The notes: a model not told the origin generated them from the letters alone. A DNA stretch of 64,000 nucleotides from Alphaproteobacteria bacterium (GCA_964291285.2 OZ219785.1:800001-864000); one strand, 5' to 3'. Positions 10,994 through 22,641 are shown, numbered from the stretch's first letter. Program-made: numbers and translations.

Positions 10994-11328
10994 TGCGTTT
11001 CTCCCGGCTCCGGTTGCAGCCGGGGAACGGGCCCTTGCGACCCGCTTCCCCGACCGCTGCATTTCGGGAGAAAAAACGACGCTATGTCAGATAGTTAGCA
11101 CCCACAGGTGCGGCCGTGGTGTCGTGCGCCTGGCCAGGGCTGAGGTCATAGCGGACCGGCAGGCCGCTCACGTCCGACACGGCGTGGATCTTCGTGGTCA
11201 GTCCGCCACGGGAACGGCCCATGCAACGATCCGGACCCCCTTTTTTGGGGGATTATAGGGCTAGCTAGCCAAAAGTGTTGACATTCGCCGGACCTTCTGT
11301 CAGATTGGCAGCGTCGATGGAGGCAGAC

Positions 11329-12279
11329 ATGGCAAACTCTCCCGGAAAGTCATACCGCAAGGGCATCAGCCTGATTGAACTGGCCGAGATGTTCCCGGAT
11401 GAGGACGCGGCCAAGCGGTGGTTCGAGGAACAGCGCTGGCCGGATGGAGTGCGGTGCGCGCACTGCCAGTCCGACCGGGTTTCGGCCTGCAAGGACGCGA
11501 AGCCCATGCCCTACCGCTGCAAGGACTGCCGGAAGCATTTCAGCGTCCGCACCAAGTCGGTCATGGCCGAGTCGCCCTTGCCGCTCCGCAAGTGGGCGTT
11601 CGCCATCTACCTTTGCGCCACGAACCTCAAGGGCGTGTCGAGCATGAAGCTCCACCGCGACCTGAAAATCGCGCAATCGTCGGCATGGTTCGTCGCGCAT
11701 CGCATCCGCGAAGCACTGGACGGCGATTACGGCCTGCTTGCCGGGCCGGTGGAGGTCGATGAGACCTACATGGGCGGCAAGCGCAAGAACATGCCGGCGC
11801 GCAAGCGCAAGGCGCTGCAAGAGGCCGGAGCGGGCCGGGGAACGGTCGGCAAGGCCATCGTCGCCGGGGCGAAGGATCGGGAGACGGGCAAGGTATCGGC
11901 CCGCGTCATTGAGGATACGACCAAGCCGACGCTGCAAGGCTTCGTCCGCGACACCGCCGCGCCGGGCGCAACGCTCTACACGGATGAGCATGGCAGCTAC
12001 ACCGGAATGCCGGAATACGCGCATGAAGCGGTCAATCATGGCGTCGGCGAGTATGTCCGGGAGATGGCGCATGTGAACGGCATGGAATCTTTCTGGAGCA
12101 TGTTGAAGCGGGGCTATCAGGGAACCTTCCACCACTTCTCCGCGAAGCACCTGCAACGCTATGTCAACGAGTTTGCGACCCGGCAGGGTCTCCGCCCGCA
12201 CGACACGGAAGCGATGATGGGCGAGATTGCCGCCCGGATGATCGGCCGCCGCCTCACCTATGCGCGGTTGACCTCGTGA
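11329..12279 (+). CDS. IS1595-family transposase
   Basis: Zn ribbon CAHC...CKDC; VEVDETYMGG, LYTDE, NGMESFWSMLKRG motifs. Confidence 0.95.
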   Translation: MANSPGKSYRKGISLIELAEMFPDEDAAKRWFEEQRWPDGVRCAHCQSDRVSACKDAKPMPYRCKDCRKHFSVRTKSVMAESPLPLRKWAFAIYLCATNLKGVSSMKLHRDLKIAQSSAWFVAHRIREALDGDYGLLAGPVEVDETYMGGKRKNMPARKRKALQEAGAGRGTVGKAIVAGAKDRETGKVSARVIEDTTKPTLQGFVRDTAAPGATLYTDEHGSYTGMPEYAHEAVNHGVGEYVREMAHVNGMESFWSMLKRGYQGTFHHFSAKHLQRYVNEFATRQGLRPHDTEAMMGEIAARMIGRRLTYARLTS

Positions 12280-13220
12280 GCGCCGTTGTCACGGTCCCTC
12301 CGACCGACAAGACACCGGAGGAAATCGCTCAAACGCTCTTCCACGGGCAGAACCGCGCCCGGACGACCTTGTATCCCGGCGACTGCCGTGAAGTGCTGGC
12401 GGACATGGCGGATGAGAGCGTTCACCTTGTCCTCACGGACCCGCCCTATTTTCTCGACCGGCTGGATGACGGCTGGTGCCCGGATGACATCGAGCGGTCC
12501 AAGCGGAACGCCGACGTCGTGGGTGGCCTGCCTATCGGTATGCGCTTCGACCGGGAGCAAGCGAAGAACCTGCAAGCGTTTCTGGAGCCCGTCGCGGTCG
12601 AGCTTCTGCGCGTCCTGAAACCGGGCGGGTTCCTTCTGCTGTTCGCCGCGCCACGCCTCTACCACCGCGCCGCCGTTGCAATAGAGGACGCGGGCTTTGA
12701 GGTCCGGGACGCCTTCGCATGGCACTTCACGAAAAAGGCGCAGTTCAAGGCGTTCACGATGGACCATTTCGTCAAGCGTCGGGCCGACATGACGGCGGCA
12801 CAGAAAGCCGACGCGCTTAAGTCGCTGGACGGGCGCCGGACCCCGCAGCTCCGCCCGCAGTTCGAGGCGATCCTATTCGCACAGAAGCCCCGAGAAGGGA
12901 CTTTCGTCGATAACTGGCTGGCGCACGAGACCGGCCTTATCGACCCGCGCCACAGCCTGACGGCGCGCGTTCCTGAAACCGTCATGACGGTCGAGAAGGA
13001 AGCGAAGGGACGCTTCAACGGGCATCTGACGCCGAAGCCGGTCAAGCTCTGCGAGCATCTCATCCGGCTGTTCTCTGCCGAGGGCCAGACCGTGCTTGAC
13101 CCGTTTGTTGGCTCTGGCACGACATGCCTTGCCGCGCGTCGGACCAAGCGCCGAAGCATCGGCATCGACATCAACCCCGCCTACATCGACATCGCCCGCA
13201 AGCGGCTGGAGTCGCGGTGA
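12276..13220 (+). CDS. N4/N6 DNA methyltransferase (beta class)
   Basis: GDCREVL, TDPPY (motif IV) preceding TPKP and VLDPFVGSGTT (motif I). Confidence 0.93.
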   Translation: MSAVVTVPPTDKTPEEIAQTLFHGQNRARTTLYPGDCREVLADMADESVHLVLTDPPYFLDRLDDGWCPDDIERSKRNADVVGGLPIGMRFDREQAKNLQAFLEPVAVELLRVLKPGGFLLLFAAPRLYHRAAVAIEDAGFEVRDAFAWHFTKKAQFKAFTMDHFVKRRADMTAAQKADALKSLDGRRTPQLRPQFEAILFAQKPREGTFVDNWLAHETGLIDPRHSLTARVPETVMTVEKEAKGRFNGHLTPKPVKLCEHLIRLFSAEGQTVLDPFVGSGTTCLAARRTKRRSIGIDINPAYIDIARKRLESR

Positions 13221-13804
13221 TGGCCGTCCCTCCGCTGGAGAAGCGCCACGGGCACCGGGGCGTTGCTCATCTGCGCGTCGCGGTCATGGAGGTCCTGTAT
13301 GCCGCGAAGAAGGCCGGAGAGTGCCTTGGAGCGGCTGGCATAGGCCGTCGAGCGGGCATCTTCCGTGAACCCGGCTATGCGGTGAAGCAGGGCAACGACT
13401 ACATCGTGACGGGCGTCCTCAACTCCCTGGTCAAGGACCGGCTGCTGACGAAATGCACCCAGGCCAACAGGCGGCCGGGTTGGGAGCTTACCGACGCAGC
13501 GTTTCAGCGTCGGGATCAGGAAGTCACGGAAATGCCGGATTGGGGCGGCGACAAGCGCATCATCGACGCCTACCGGCTGAAGCAATGGGGATTCTGCCCC
13601 GGCTGCCTTGCGGTGTTGCCGGAGCGCCCCGACGTCGACCATATCCGGGCGAAGGCGCGAGGCGGTTCAGACGAGGCGGAGAACAAGCAATTGCTCTGCC
13701 CGAACTGCAACCGCCGGCGCGGTGCTAAGCCGTTCGCGCAATTCCTCGCCGAGCGGCTGGAGGACGGAAACGAGTGGACCGATTACGAGCCAGAGGATGG
13801 CTAG
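13220..13804 (+). CDS. HNH endonuclease with a probable N-terminal HTH
   Basis: CPGC...VDHIRAKARGGSDEAENKQLLCPNCNRRRG; ATG overlaps the MTase stop. Confidence 0.85.
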   Translation: MAVPPLEKRHGHRGVAHLRVAVMEVLYAAKKAGECLGAAGIGRRAGIFREPGYAVKQGNDYIVTGVLNSLVKDRLLTKCTQANRRPGWELTDAAFQRRDQEVTEMPDWGGDKRIIDAYRLKQWGFCPGCLAVLPERPDVDHIRAKARGGSDEAENKQLLCPNCNRRRGAKPFAQFLAERLEDGNEWTDYEPEDG

Positions 13805-14217
13805 CCAACCCTATAATCCCCCTTTTTTGATCCCGCCGCATGCTGGTGAACCCGGACGCTCGAACTGTCGATCATCTGCACATTGCCGTCGTGAGCCTCC
13901 ACCACCGCATCCATCAACTGATCCCGGATGCCCTTCTTGCGCCAGCGGTTGAACCGGTTGTAGCAGGTCGTACAAGGCCCGTAGTGCTCCGGCAGGTCTC
14001 GCCACGGCGCCCGCGCGCGAAGCACCCACAGAATGCCGTTCAGCACCCGCCGGTCGTCAACCCGCGGCACCCCACGGGTCTTGTTCGGCAGCAACGGCTT
14101 GATCACCCGCCATTCGAAGTCCGTCAGATCGTACCGGCCCATGTCCTCGCTCCCTGAAGTTGGGAGCTTGAATCACAGCTGCGCTGAAGAAGAAACCCCT
14201 TATGGGTACACGACCTA

Positions 14218-14924
14218 AAGCCGATGTGCAGCGCTGGTTCGCCTCGCTTCGCGCGACGCCGGTGGCGGCGGACCGGTCGGCGCCGATCCTGTCCGTCATC
14301 ATGCGCCAGGCCGGGGTTTACGGCTACCGCCCGGAGGGCAGCAATCCCTGCATGGGCATCCGCCGCTACCGGCGCAAGGGAAGAGAGCGGTTCCTGTCGG
14401 AGCCGGAGCTTCGCCGGCTTGGTTGTACGCTCGACGGCCATGAAGCGCGGCATTCGCGCGAAGTGGCGTTCGTGCGCCTGCTGCTGCTGACCGGATGCCG
14501 CAAGAGCGAGATACTGACCCTTGCCTGGTCCGACTGCCGCGAGGGGCGCCTGTTCCTGCGCGACGGCAAGACCGGCCCCCGGACCGTCTGGCTGTCCTCG
14601 CCCGCGCGCGCCGTCCTGGACGGGCTTCCCCGGCAGGGCAAATGGGTCTTTCCCTCGCCGCAGAGGCAGGGGCCGGCATCATCGAGCGTCTTCGAGACGT
14701 TCTGGTGGCGGGTCCGGGAGGAAGCGGACATTGGCGATGTCCGGCTTCACGATCTCCGCCATACATATGCCAGCATCGCCATCATGGGGGGCGAGACCGT
14801 CACGGCGACGGCGCGGCTGCTCGGGCACAACGACGCGCAGACGACACTGAAATACGCCCACCTGTCCGACCGTTCGGTCCGGGAGGCCGCCGACGCTCTC
14901 GGCTCCATCCTCGGGGAGGGCTGA
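14218..14924 (+). pseudogene. Tyrosine integrase A paralogue, N-terminus removed at the IS5 end
   Basis: VQRWFASLRATPVAADRS...HDLRHT...LKYAH aligns with the C-terminal two-thirds of 9869..10993. Confidence 0.85.
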
Positions 14925-14927
14925 TCC

Positions 14928-16076
14928 ACGCCGAGGCGGAAAAGGCTCACCGACGCCGGCATCGCAAGGCTCCGGGCCGGGGCGCGAGAATATACGCTCT
15001 GGGACACCGGGGTCGCCGGGCTCGGGGTCAGGGTCCGCCCCTCCGGCAGCCGGACCTTCATCTACCATCGCAAGACGGCCGACGGGTTGCGGAAGATGTC
15101 CTTCGGTCCGGCAGCGCTTCGCAAGGTCGAGGATGTGCGCCGCGCCTGCATGGAGGCCGCGACCGGAGCCGCCGGTGCGGACGCAGCCTGTCGCGAAAGG
15201 GCGCCGCTGTTCGGGAATTTCGTGGCCGGTCAGTGGAAGGCGGATTGTTTCGAGCGCTGCAAACCGTCCACGCAGAGGAACTTTGCCGGCATTCTGAGAC
15301 GGCAACTGCTTCCGGCGTTCGGGTCCCGGCGCCTCGACCGCATCACCCGCAGCATGGTGCTCCGCTGGTTCGAGGCTTGCAGCCGGACCGCGCCGGGGGC
15401 GGCCAACGCCGCCCTCGCCCTGCTGCGGCAGATACTCAACCACGCCATCGCCTGCGGGTATATGGAAACCAATCCGGTGCGCGGCATCCGCCGCAATCCC
15501 GGCCGGAAGATGACGCGCTTCCTGTCCCGGGAGGAAATCGCCCGGCTTCACCGCGTCCTCGACCGGTATGCGCAAGGAACAGCCTCGCAGGCGCAGCAGG
15601 CCGACATCATCCGCCTGCTGCTGCTCACCGGCTGCCGCAAGGGCGAGATCGTCTGTCTCCGCCGGGAGGAAGTGAAGGGCGACCGGCTCGAACTCGCGGA
15701 TACCAAGACCAGGCCGAGAACCGTCCTGCTGAACGCGCCGGCACGGGAGATCGTCGCGCGCCGGACGCGGCAGGGAAACGGCCCCTGGGTCTTCCCCTCC
15801 GTCAGGGACCCGTCCCGTCCCCGGTCGCACGAGCCCCGCCTCTGGTATCGGGTGCGGCGCGAGGCGGGCATCGAGGATGTGCGCCTGCACGACCTGCGCC
15901 ATACCGTCGCCAGCCAGGCCGCGATGAACGGCGTTCCCCTGCCGGTCGTCGCCCGCCTGCTCGGACACGGCAACGTGCGGATGACGATGCGCTACGCCCA
16001 TGTCGGGGACCGCGAGATCGAGGCGGCGGCCGAACGGGTCGGGCGGGCGATCGGAAGCTATCCGGGCCTGTCGTGA
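14928..16076 (+). CDS. Tyrosine integrase B paralogue (apparent ACG or mutated start)
   Basis: Open frame extends upstream of 15087 to RKRLTDAGIARL; full R-HxxR-H-Y set; no ATG at the expected position. Confidence 0.8.
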   Translation, partial: TPRRKRLTDAGIARLRAGAREYTLWDTGVAGLGVRVRPSGSRTFIYHRKTADGLRKMSFGPAALRKVEDVRRACMEAATGAAGADAACRERAPLFGNFVAGQWKADCFERCKPSTQRNFAGILRRQLLPAFGSRRLDRITRSMVLRWFEACSRTAPGAANAALALLRQILNHAIACGYMETNPVRGIRRNPGRKMTRFLSREEIARLHRVLDRYAQGTASQAQQADIIRLLLLTGCRKGEIVCLRREEVKGDRLELADTKTRPRTVLLNAPAREIVARRTRQGNGPWVFPSVRDPSRPRSHEPRLWYRVRREAGIEDVRLHDLRHTVASQAAMNGVPLPVVARLLGHGNVRMTMRYAHVGDREIEAAAERVGRAIGSYPGLS

Positions 16077-16098
16077 ATCGGGTTGCGCGGCAGCGGAC

Positions 16099-16205
16099 CG
16101 GGCCTGCGTTCTCCTGCCATCGCAGCGCGCCGCGCGGCACAAGGCTGCCTCGGGAGCCGGACCCGGCCGGTGCGCACCCTCGACGCCGAGGGAGAGCCTC
16201 GCGCC
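16099..16205 (-). repeat. Degenerate copy of the autotransporter 3' end (17221..17327); shorter copy at ~42523..42570
   Basis: Encodes LSLGVEGAHRPGPAPE; direct repeat flanking the GIY-YIG gene. Confidence 0.85.
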
Positions 16206-16262
16206 CCAGGTGGTGCGAATGGCGCGCAACGGCGCCCTCGATGCGGCAGTCCCGCAGACTCA

Positions 16263-16394
16263 TACCAACGGTCGTTGATTGGAACCTATAGCAGAGCCTC
16301 CCTCCGCAGCTCGCCCCCTGAGCCGAGGCCTCCTACTGCAAGAGGTAATCTCCGCCGAGAGAGGCTAATCGGTTCTTATCTGTGGCCGGTGGTA
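16263..16394. mobile_element. 132-bp MITE-like insertion
   Basis: Imperfect 24-bp TIRs TACCAaCGGtCgttGATtgGAACC / TACCAcCGGcCacaGATaaGAACC; TCA duplication; empty site GACTCAATT at ~42623. Confidence 0.8.
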
Positions 16395-17204
16395 TCAATT
16401 CCTGTTGAAGCCGAATTCCCCGCGCGATTGCAGAACCCGCTTCCAGTGCGTTTCGCGTTCGACAATCATGGCGTCGGCAATACGGGCGGTATGGCTTTCC
16501 AGAAGCGAAAACCGGAAATGCTCCCGGCAATGGTCCAGGCCGCGATTCCCGAGCAATTGCTTCAGGTCGGCATTGTTGCCATGTCCGGTCGCGCTGTATT
16601 CGCGCCAACGAGACCAGACGCCGCCGTCGCCGTAGGCCGCCCCGACATACAGCCGCCCCGTTCCCGTATCGGTGATCAGATAAACGCCCTTTGCGTTCTC
16701 CAGGGCGCCGCGCCAATCGGGCCGGTCGTTGCGGATGAGCGATTCGAGCTCGCCGAAACCGATGTCGATCCGGTCATGGCCCGGAAAATCGATCCCGGAA
16801 TACTCCTCCTTGAGAATTTCGCTTACCGTGAATTCGTCCAGGCGTTTCTCGAAATTCACGCGGGTTCCCCGTTGGCGCCAGGGAGAATGCAGTTTGAGGC
16901 GTCCGATGAAGCCGCGGCCCTGTTCGGTCAGCGATACGACATATCTGTCCGGCAGCCGCTCCACGACTTCCCACACACCGCCGAACAACCAGATGTCAGG
17001 CTCCCGATGGAAATCGATCACCGAGAAGATATACGGGCGGTTGAAATCGTTGTTTTTCGGTCGATGCTCCTGCCAGCCTTGCCATTCTTCCCGGCTGCGA
17101 ACGAAAACGTCGAGCGGTTGGTTGGACTGGTTGTAGCGGGCGAAGTGCAGCTTGTAGAGAGCCGGCTCCCGTATCGGCCAAATGTCGGTGAGATGAATCA
17201 CCAT
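16395..17204 (-). CDS. GIY-YIG nuclease family protein, copy 1
   Basis: GVYLITD...LYVGAAYG...SRW...ERETHWK...GFNRN. Confidence 0.88.
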   Translation of the reverse strand: MVIHLTDIWPIREPALYKLHFARYNQSNQPLDVFVRSREEWQGWQEHRPKNNDFNRPYIFSVIDFHREPDIWLFGGVWEVVERLPDRYVVSLTEQGRGFIGRLKLHSPWRQRGTRVNFEKRLDEFTVSEILKEEYSGIDFPGHDRIDIGFGELESLIRNDRPDWRGALENAKGVYLITDTGTGRLYVGAAYGDGGVWSRWREYSATGHGNNADLKQLLGNRGLDHCREHFRFSLLESHTARIADAMIVERETHWKRVLQSRGEFGFNRN

Positions 17205-18211
17205 ACGCCCTCAGCCGAGCCGGGCCTGCATTCTCCTACCATCGCAGCGCGCCGCGCAGCATGAGGCTGTCTTCGGGGGCCGGGCCCGGCCGGTGCGCGC
17301 CCTCGAGGCCGAGGGAGAGCCCCGCGCCCATGCGGTAGCGCGCGCCGAGCCGCAGGGTGCGCCCGCCCGTCTCCGCCAGGCTCAAGCCGGCCCAGGGGGT
17401 GAGCACCGCCAGCGGCCCCGGACCGGCAAGGCCGAAGCCGTGGCCCACCTCCGCCTCCAGGCGGCTCTCCGCCTCTGCCGGCGCTGCGGCGGATGCCGCT
17501 GCGGGCAGGCCGTGGTCGAACAGCCGGTCCAGGCCGCTCTCCGTGCGCCCGTGCGCGGGACCGAAGGCGAGGAACGTCCCGCGCCCGTCGGCCCCGGGGT
17601 CGAGGCGCACCAGCGCGCTCACGCCCCATTCGTCGCGGTCCGCCTCGTGCGCCGCCAGAAGCCGCGCGCGCAGCTCCGCCGTCAGACCCGCCGCCGGGTC
17701 ATGCCAGGTCACGCCCGCCCCGGCCTCGAGGCCCGCCCCTTCGGCAACGTCGCCGCCGTCATGGCGCACCCCCGCCTCCAGCGCCGGCGTCAGCGTCGCA
17801 CCGCCCGCCAGCGCGTGCTCGTACGAGCCCTCCAGCAGCAGCCGCAGACGGGTCGTCCTCGCCGTCAGCCCCGCCAGGCCGTCATCGGACCCCGTGCGCA
17901 GGCGCGACGCCGAACCCTCGCCCTTCACCGCAAGGCGCGTCATCCCGCCCGCCATGAGCTCCGCATCCTCGACCAGGACGCTGCGCCCGCCCGCGGACGC
18001 GCTCCACTGCGTCAGGTCCGCACTGCGCGAAGGCGCGCCCTCCTCGGCAACCCGCACCTCGCCGGTCCCGTAGCCGAGGCTCGCCCACAGGGTCGAGCCG
18101 TCCGGCAGCAACCACGCCGCATAGGGATGCACCGACGTGATCGTCGTCTCGTGCACGCCCTTCACCCGGCCGCCGGCGGCGCCGGTCGTCCGCGTGTCCA
18201 GTTCGCCCCGC

Positions 18212-18745
18212 GCATGGGAGAGCGCCGCCCCGGCCAGAAGGTCCGGGCGCACCCGCAGGTCCGCCCCCAGCTGCGCCGACCACAGGCCGCCGTCCCAGGC
18301 GACATCCTTCTCCGAACCCGACAGCGACAGCCACTCGCCCCGGCCCCATACCGCCAACGGCGGCGGGGACGCCTCGCCGTCGGCGCCCGCCGCCAGCGTG
18401 AAGGACGCCCCGTCCAGTATCTCGCTCAGGGTCGGGCCGGGCTCCTCAGGGCGCGGCGGCGCGGACCGGGCGGCCCGGGCATGGGAGAGCGCCGCACCCG
18501 CCAGCAGGTCCGGGCGCACCCGCACATCCGCTCCCAGCTGCGCCGACCACAGGCCGCCGTCCCAGGTGACATCCTTCTCCGAACCCGACAGCGACAGCCA
18601 CTCGCCCCGGCCCCACACCGCCAACGGCGGCGGGGACGCCTCGCCGCCGGCGCCCGCCGCCAGCGTGAAGGACGCCCCGTCCAGTATCTCGCTCAGGGTC
18701 GGGCCGGGCTCCTCAGGGCGCGGCGGCGCGGACCGGGCGGCCCGG
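18212..18745. repeat. In-frame tandem duplication, 2 x 267 bp (89 aa)
   Basis: ARAARSAPPRPEEPGP...LLAGAALSH occurs twice here and once in copy 2. Confidence 0.92.
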
Positions 18746-21700
18746 GCATACCCGACCGGCGACGACGGCAGGGCGCCGAACCGCAGCGAACTGCCCGGCC
18801 TGCCGGACGCCGCCGCCTCGATCCGACCCGTCACCGCCCCCAGCGTCCGCGACATCGCCGCCGCCGCCACATGCGGCAGCACCGCCGCATTCACCCGGTT
18901 CGCCCGTGACACGGACCCCGGCGCACGGTCGCGCAGCACGCCCGCAGCCGTCGCGTCGCTCCCCACCGCGTAGCCCGCACCGTCGTTCAGCGTGATGCGG
19001 TAGGCTTCCGCCCCCTCCGTATCCGCATCGGCCGCCGTCGGGATCGTCACCACCCCCGTGGTGCGCGCCGCGGCGCCGAACACCGCATCGAACGAACGCG
19101 GCCCCGGACCGCCCGGGACGTCACCGGCATCGAAGCCGCTGGCATTGCGCGCCGACAGCGTCAGGCTGACCGTCAGGCTGCCCGTCAGCGCCCGGTCGGC
19201 GGTCACCGCGAGGCGGATGTCGTCGCCCTCGGTCACCGCCGCAGGATCCTGCGCCAGGGTCAGCACCGGCAACAGCGTCGTGTCCGTCACCGTCACCGCC
19301 ACCGGATCGATGGTCACCGAACCGTAGCCGCCGCCCGAGGCGCCGTGCGTCAGCGTCGCCGTGTCGTCCACCGTGTCCTCGTCTCGGGCCGCGCGCACCG
19401 TCACCGTCTGCGCCGTGCCGTAGTTGGCCGTCGTGAAGGTCAGGCTGGCCGGCTCCACCGTCACGTCGCCCGAGGCGCCGCCCACCGTCACCGTGACATC
19501 GCCCGAGGGTTCCGCGTCCAGCACCACCGTGTAGGCCGCGCTGCTGCCCTCCGACACCCTCAGCGCGGTCGGCGTCACCGTCACGCTTCCGTCTGAAGCG
19601 GGTGTCGTACCGCCGCCGCCGCCGCCGCCGGACGGCGGCGCGGGAGCCGCCGGCGCCACAGGCGTCGCCGTCACCGGCGCATCCGGGCCGGCGCCGTTGC
19701 CGGCCCCGTTCACCGCGCGCACCTCGAACTGGTAGGCGGTGCCGTTGGTCAGACCGCTCACCTCGTGGCTGGTGGTGCCCGCACCGGAGCCGGGAATGTC
19801 CTCCCACTCGCCCCACTCGCCGCTGCCGGCCTTCCGCCGCACCTGCCACTTCGTGATGGTCGGGTTGTCCGGGTCCGTCCAGCTCAGCGTCACCGAGCCG
19901 CTGCCCGCCGCGCCGGCAAGACCGGCCGGCTTCAACGGCGCCGCATCCTTCTCCGCCACGCTCACCACCACATCGGCGATGCTCACCGAGCCGTAGCCGC
20001 CGCCCGAGGCACTGTGCGTCAGCGTCACGTCAGGGTCCGTGGTCGTGTCCGTGTCCGTGCCTGCGCTCACCGTCACCGTCTGCGGCTGGTTCCAGTCGGT
20101 CCGGGTGAAGGTCAGCGCGCTCTGGTTGCCGGTCATGACGGCGTCGGTGTCCACCGTCACGTCCCCCGACATGTCCGCCACCGTTATCGTCACATCCGAT
20201 GTCGGCGGCGTGTTCAGCCGCATCGTGTACGTCCTGCTGCCGCCTTCCGCCACCGTCAGCGCCGCCGTCGACACCGTCACCCCCGCGTATCGGCCACCGT
20301 CACGTCCACCGTGCCCGCATCCGGGATCGCATCCGCAGAAGCCCCCGTCAGACGGAAGGCGTGGTCGATCACCGCCGTGCCGTTCGCCACACCGGTCACC
20401 GTCACCGTCCGCGCCGTGTTGTAGTTGGCGGTCGTGAAGGTCAGGCTCGCCGGACTCACCCGCGCCGCCGCCGTGGTGTCGCTCGTGATCCGCAGCGTCC
20501 CCGCATACGCCTCCGTCAGCGCCACCGTGTAGGTCGCCGTGGAACCGGGCGCCACCGTCACCGGCGTCCCGGTGATCGTGAGCGCCGCCGTGGTGTCGTT
20601 CTTGAAGGTGACCGTGCGGATGTTCGACCAGGGGCCATTCAGGACCGCGTCGGATGAATCATAGCCCCTTGCCCGAACCCGGACCTCAACCGAGGCACCA
20701 TCGGGATAATCACTGCCCGGACCAAATCGATTGCTGCGACTCTCGGCTTTAGCTCTGTCACCAGCCACGTTGAAAGTGCGATCCGTCCAGGCGGTTTCGC
20801 CCTTCAGCCGGGTTTCCGCGCCCCACCAATAGAACCTGACCGCGTTTTTCACATAGTCGTCCGCATCCGCCATTTCGTCCGAACCGCCGGCATGGGTCCA
20901 GGTCAGGTCGATCCACCCGCTCGTCGTCGAGGTCGCCGCCGTCAGCACCGGGGCCGCCGGATCGGTCTTCGCCGTCACCTCGTCCGACCACACCGACTGC
21001 ACCCCGGGACTGACCGCCGCAAACAGGCGGAACGTGTAGTCCGTCCCCTTCGTCAGCCCCGTCACCCGGGCGCTCGTCCTGCTCCCGCCCGTGACCGTCG
21101 CGGTCGTGCTCCAGCCGCCCGTGCTCTTGTACTGGTAACCCCAGCTCGTTATCGGAATACCCGACAGGCCGCTCCAGCTCAGGGTGACCGAGGCATCGCC
21201 CCCGGCCGCCGTCAGGACCGGCTTGGGAACCGTATTCGTCGGCGTCGCCTTCACCTGGTCCGACCACACCGACTGCACACCGGGACTCACCGCCGCGAAC
21301 AGCCGGAACGCGTATTCCGTGCCGATCGTCAGTCCCGTCACCGTGGTGCCCGTCGTGCTGCCGCCCGTGACCGTCCGGGTCCTGATCCAGCTGCCGCCCG
21401 CGGGCTTGTACTGGTAGCCCCAGCTCGCAACCGTCACACCCGACAAGGCGCTCCAGCTCAGGGCGACCCTGCCGTAGCCCGCCGCCGCGGCGCTCAGCAC
21501 CGGCTTGGGAACCGCCGCCGACGCCGACGGCGTCGCCCGCACCACCTCCGACTGCGCGCTGTTGCCGCCGCTGTTCCGCGCCCGGATGCGGAAGCTGTAC
21601 TCCACATCGTTGTCCAGACCCGTCACCGTATGGGTCGTGGTGTCCGCGTCCGAACCGGAAATCGCGGTCCAGCTGCCCCAGGCGGCGCTGCCCTTCTTCT

Positions 21701-22641
21701 GCTGCACCCGGTACCCCGTGATCGAATCGTCGTCCGGGTCGGTCCACGTCAGCTCCACCTGACGGTTGCCCGCCTCCGCCGACAACCCCGTCGGCGCCGC
21801 GGGGACAGTCGTGGTGGGGGGATCGTCGTCGTCGGTGATGGTCAGGGTGAGGGTGCCGTCGGTCCAGCCAGACCCCACAGCCGAAGAAACGAGCTTGATG
21901 GTCTCGTTCGGCTCGTCCCGGGTGTCGCCGAGAATGCGCACTTTCTTCGTGCCCATGGTCACGCCTTCGGCGAAGGTGATGTTGGCCCCGTCCGGATGGC
22001 ACCAGTCGGTGTCCGTCGGGTTCAGCGGCGGCGTGCAGCCATCGGACCCCTTGCCGGAGGCTGTGGCCGTGCCGGAGGGAGAGGCAGAAAGAAGGCTGAT
22101 CGAAAAAATCCCCGTATCCGGATCCGTCGCCGGCGCTCCCTCGCCGAGCGTGGCGGTCACCGTCACGTCCGTAAAGCCGGAGTTGCCCTCGGTGATCGAG
22201 GTCGATGTCGCCGACAGGGTGATCGTCTTCGTGGAAGCGGGCGCCGTTGGCGTCGCGGTGACCTGGTTGCTTGGGTTAGCATTAGAGCCGCTGGCGTGGC
22301 GCGCCAACTGGAAGGTGTAAGCAGTGCCGTTGTCCAGCCCCGTGACAGTGTAGGTTCGGACTGAAACCCCGCCGGGGATAACCTGCCAATTGCCGAAGCT
22401 TCCCGTGCCTTTCTTCTGTCGATACGACCAGGAGGGATTGGTGACACCGGCGGGGACATTGGTCCAGGTGAGCGTCACCTGCCCATTGCCCGCCGTGGCT
22501 TTAAGTGTAGTAGCAACAGCAGCCTGCGGCGCGAGGGCGGCGGCCAGCGCGATGAGGAAGAGGGCAGCGAGTCCCGCCTTCAGGCGGCGGGCGGTTCTCC
22601 CGGGGGCGCCCACCGGCTCAGCCCCGCGCCCTGACTCTTGA

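Larger units (their letters stand above)
11248..13821 (+). mobile_element. IS1595-family transporter IS with two passenger genes
   Basis: TIRs GGGGATTATAGGG(N3)GCTAGCCA at both ends; 8-bp TSD CTTTTTTG at 11240..11247 and 13822..13829. Confidence 0.95.
11103..14215 (-). mobile_element. IS5 family (IS427-like) element, split by IS1595 and 3'-truncated: orfA 13822..14142, orfB remnant ~11103..11247
   Basis: MGRYDLTDFEW...IDSSSVRVHQHAAGSKKG continues as KKGGPDRCMGRSRGGLTTKIHAV on the far side of the IS1595; end sequence GGTCGTGTACCCATAA at ~14200-14215. Confidence 0.85.

Noticed and set aside
16099-16205. Possible DGR template/variable repeat pair with the autotransporter 3' end
   Set aside because: Mismatches are not adenine-restricted and include an indel; no reverse transcriptase in the window.
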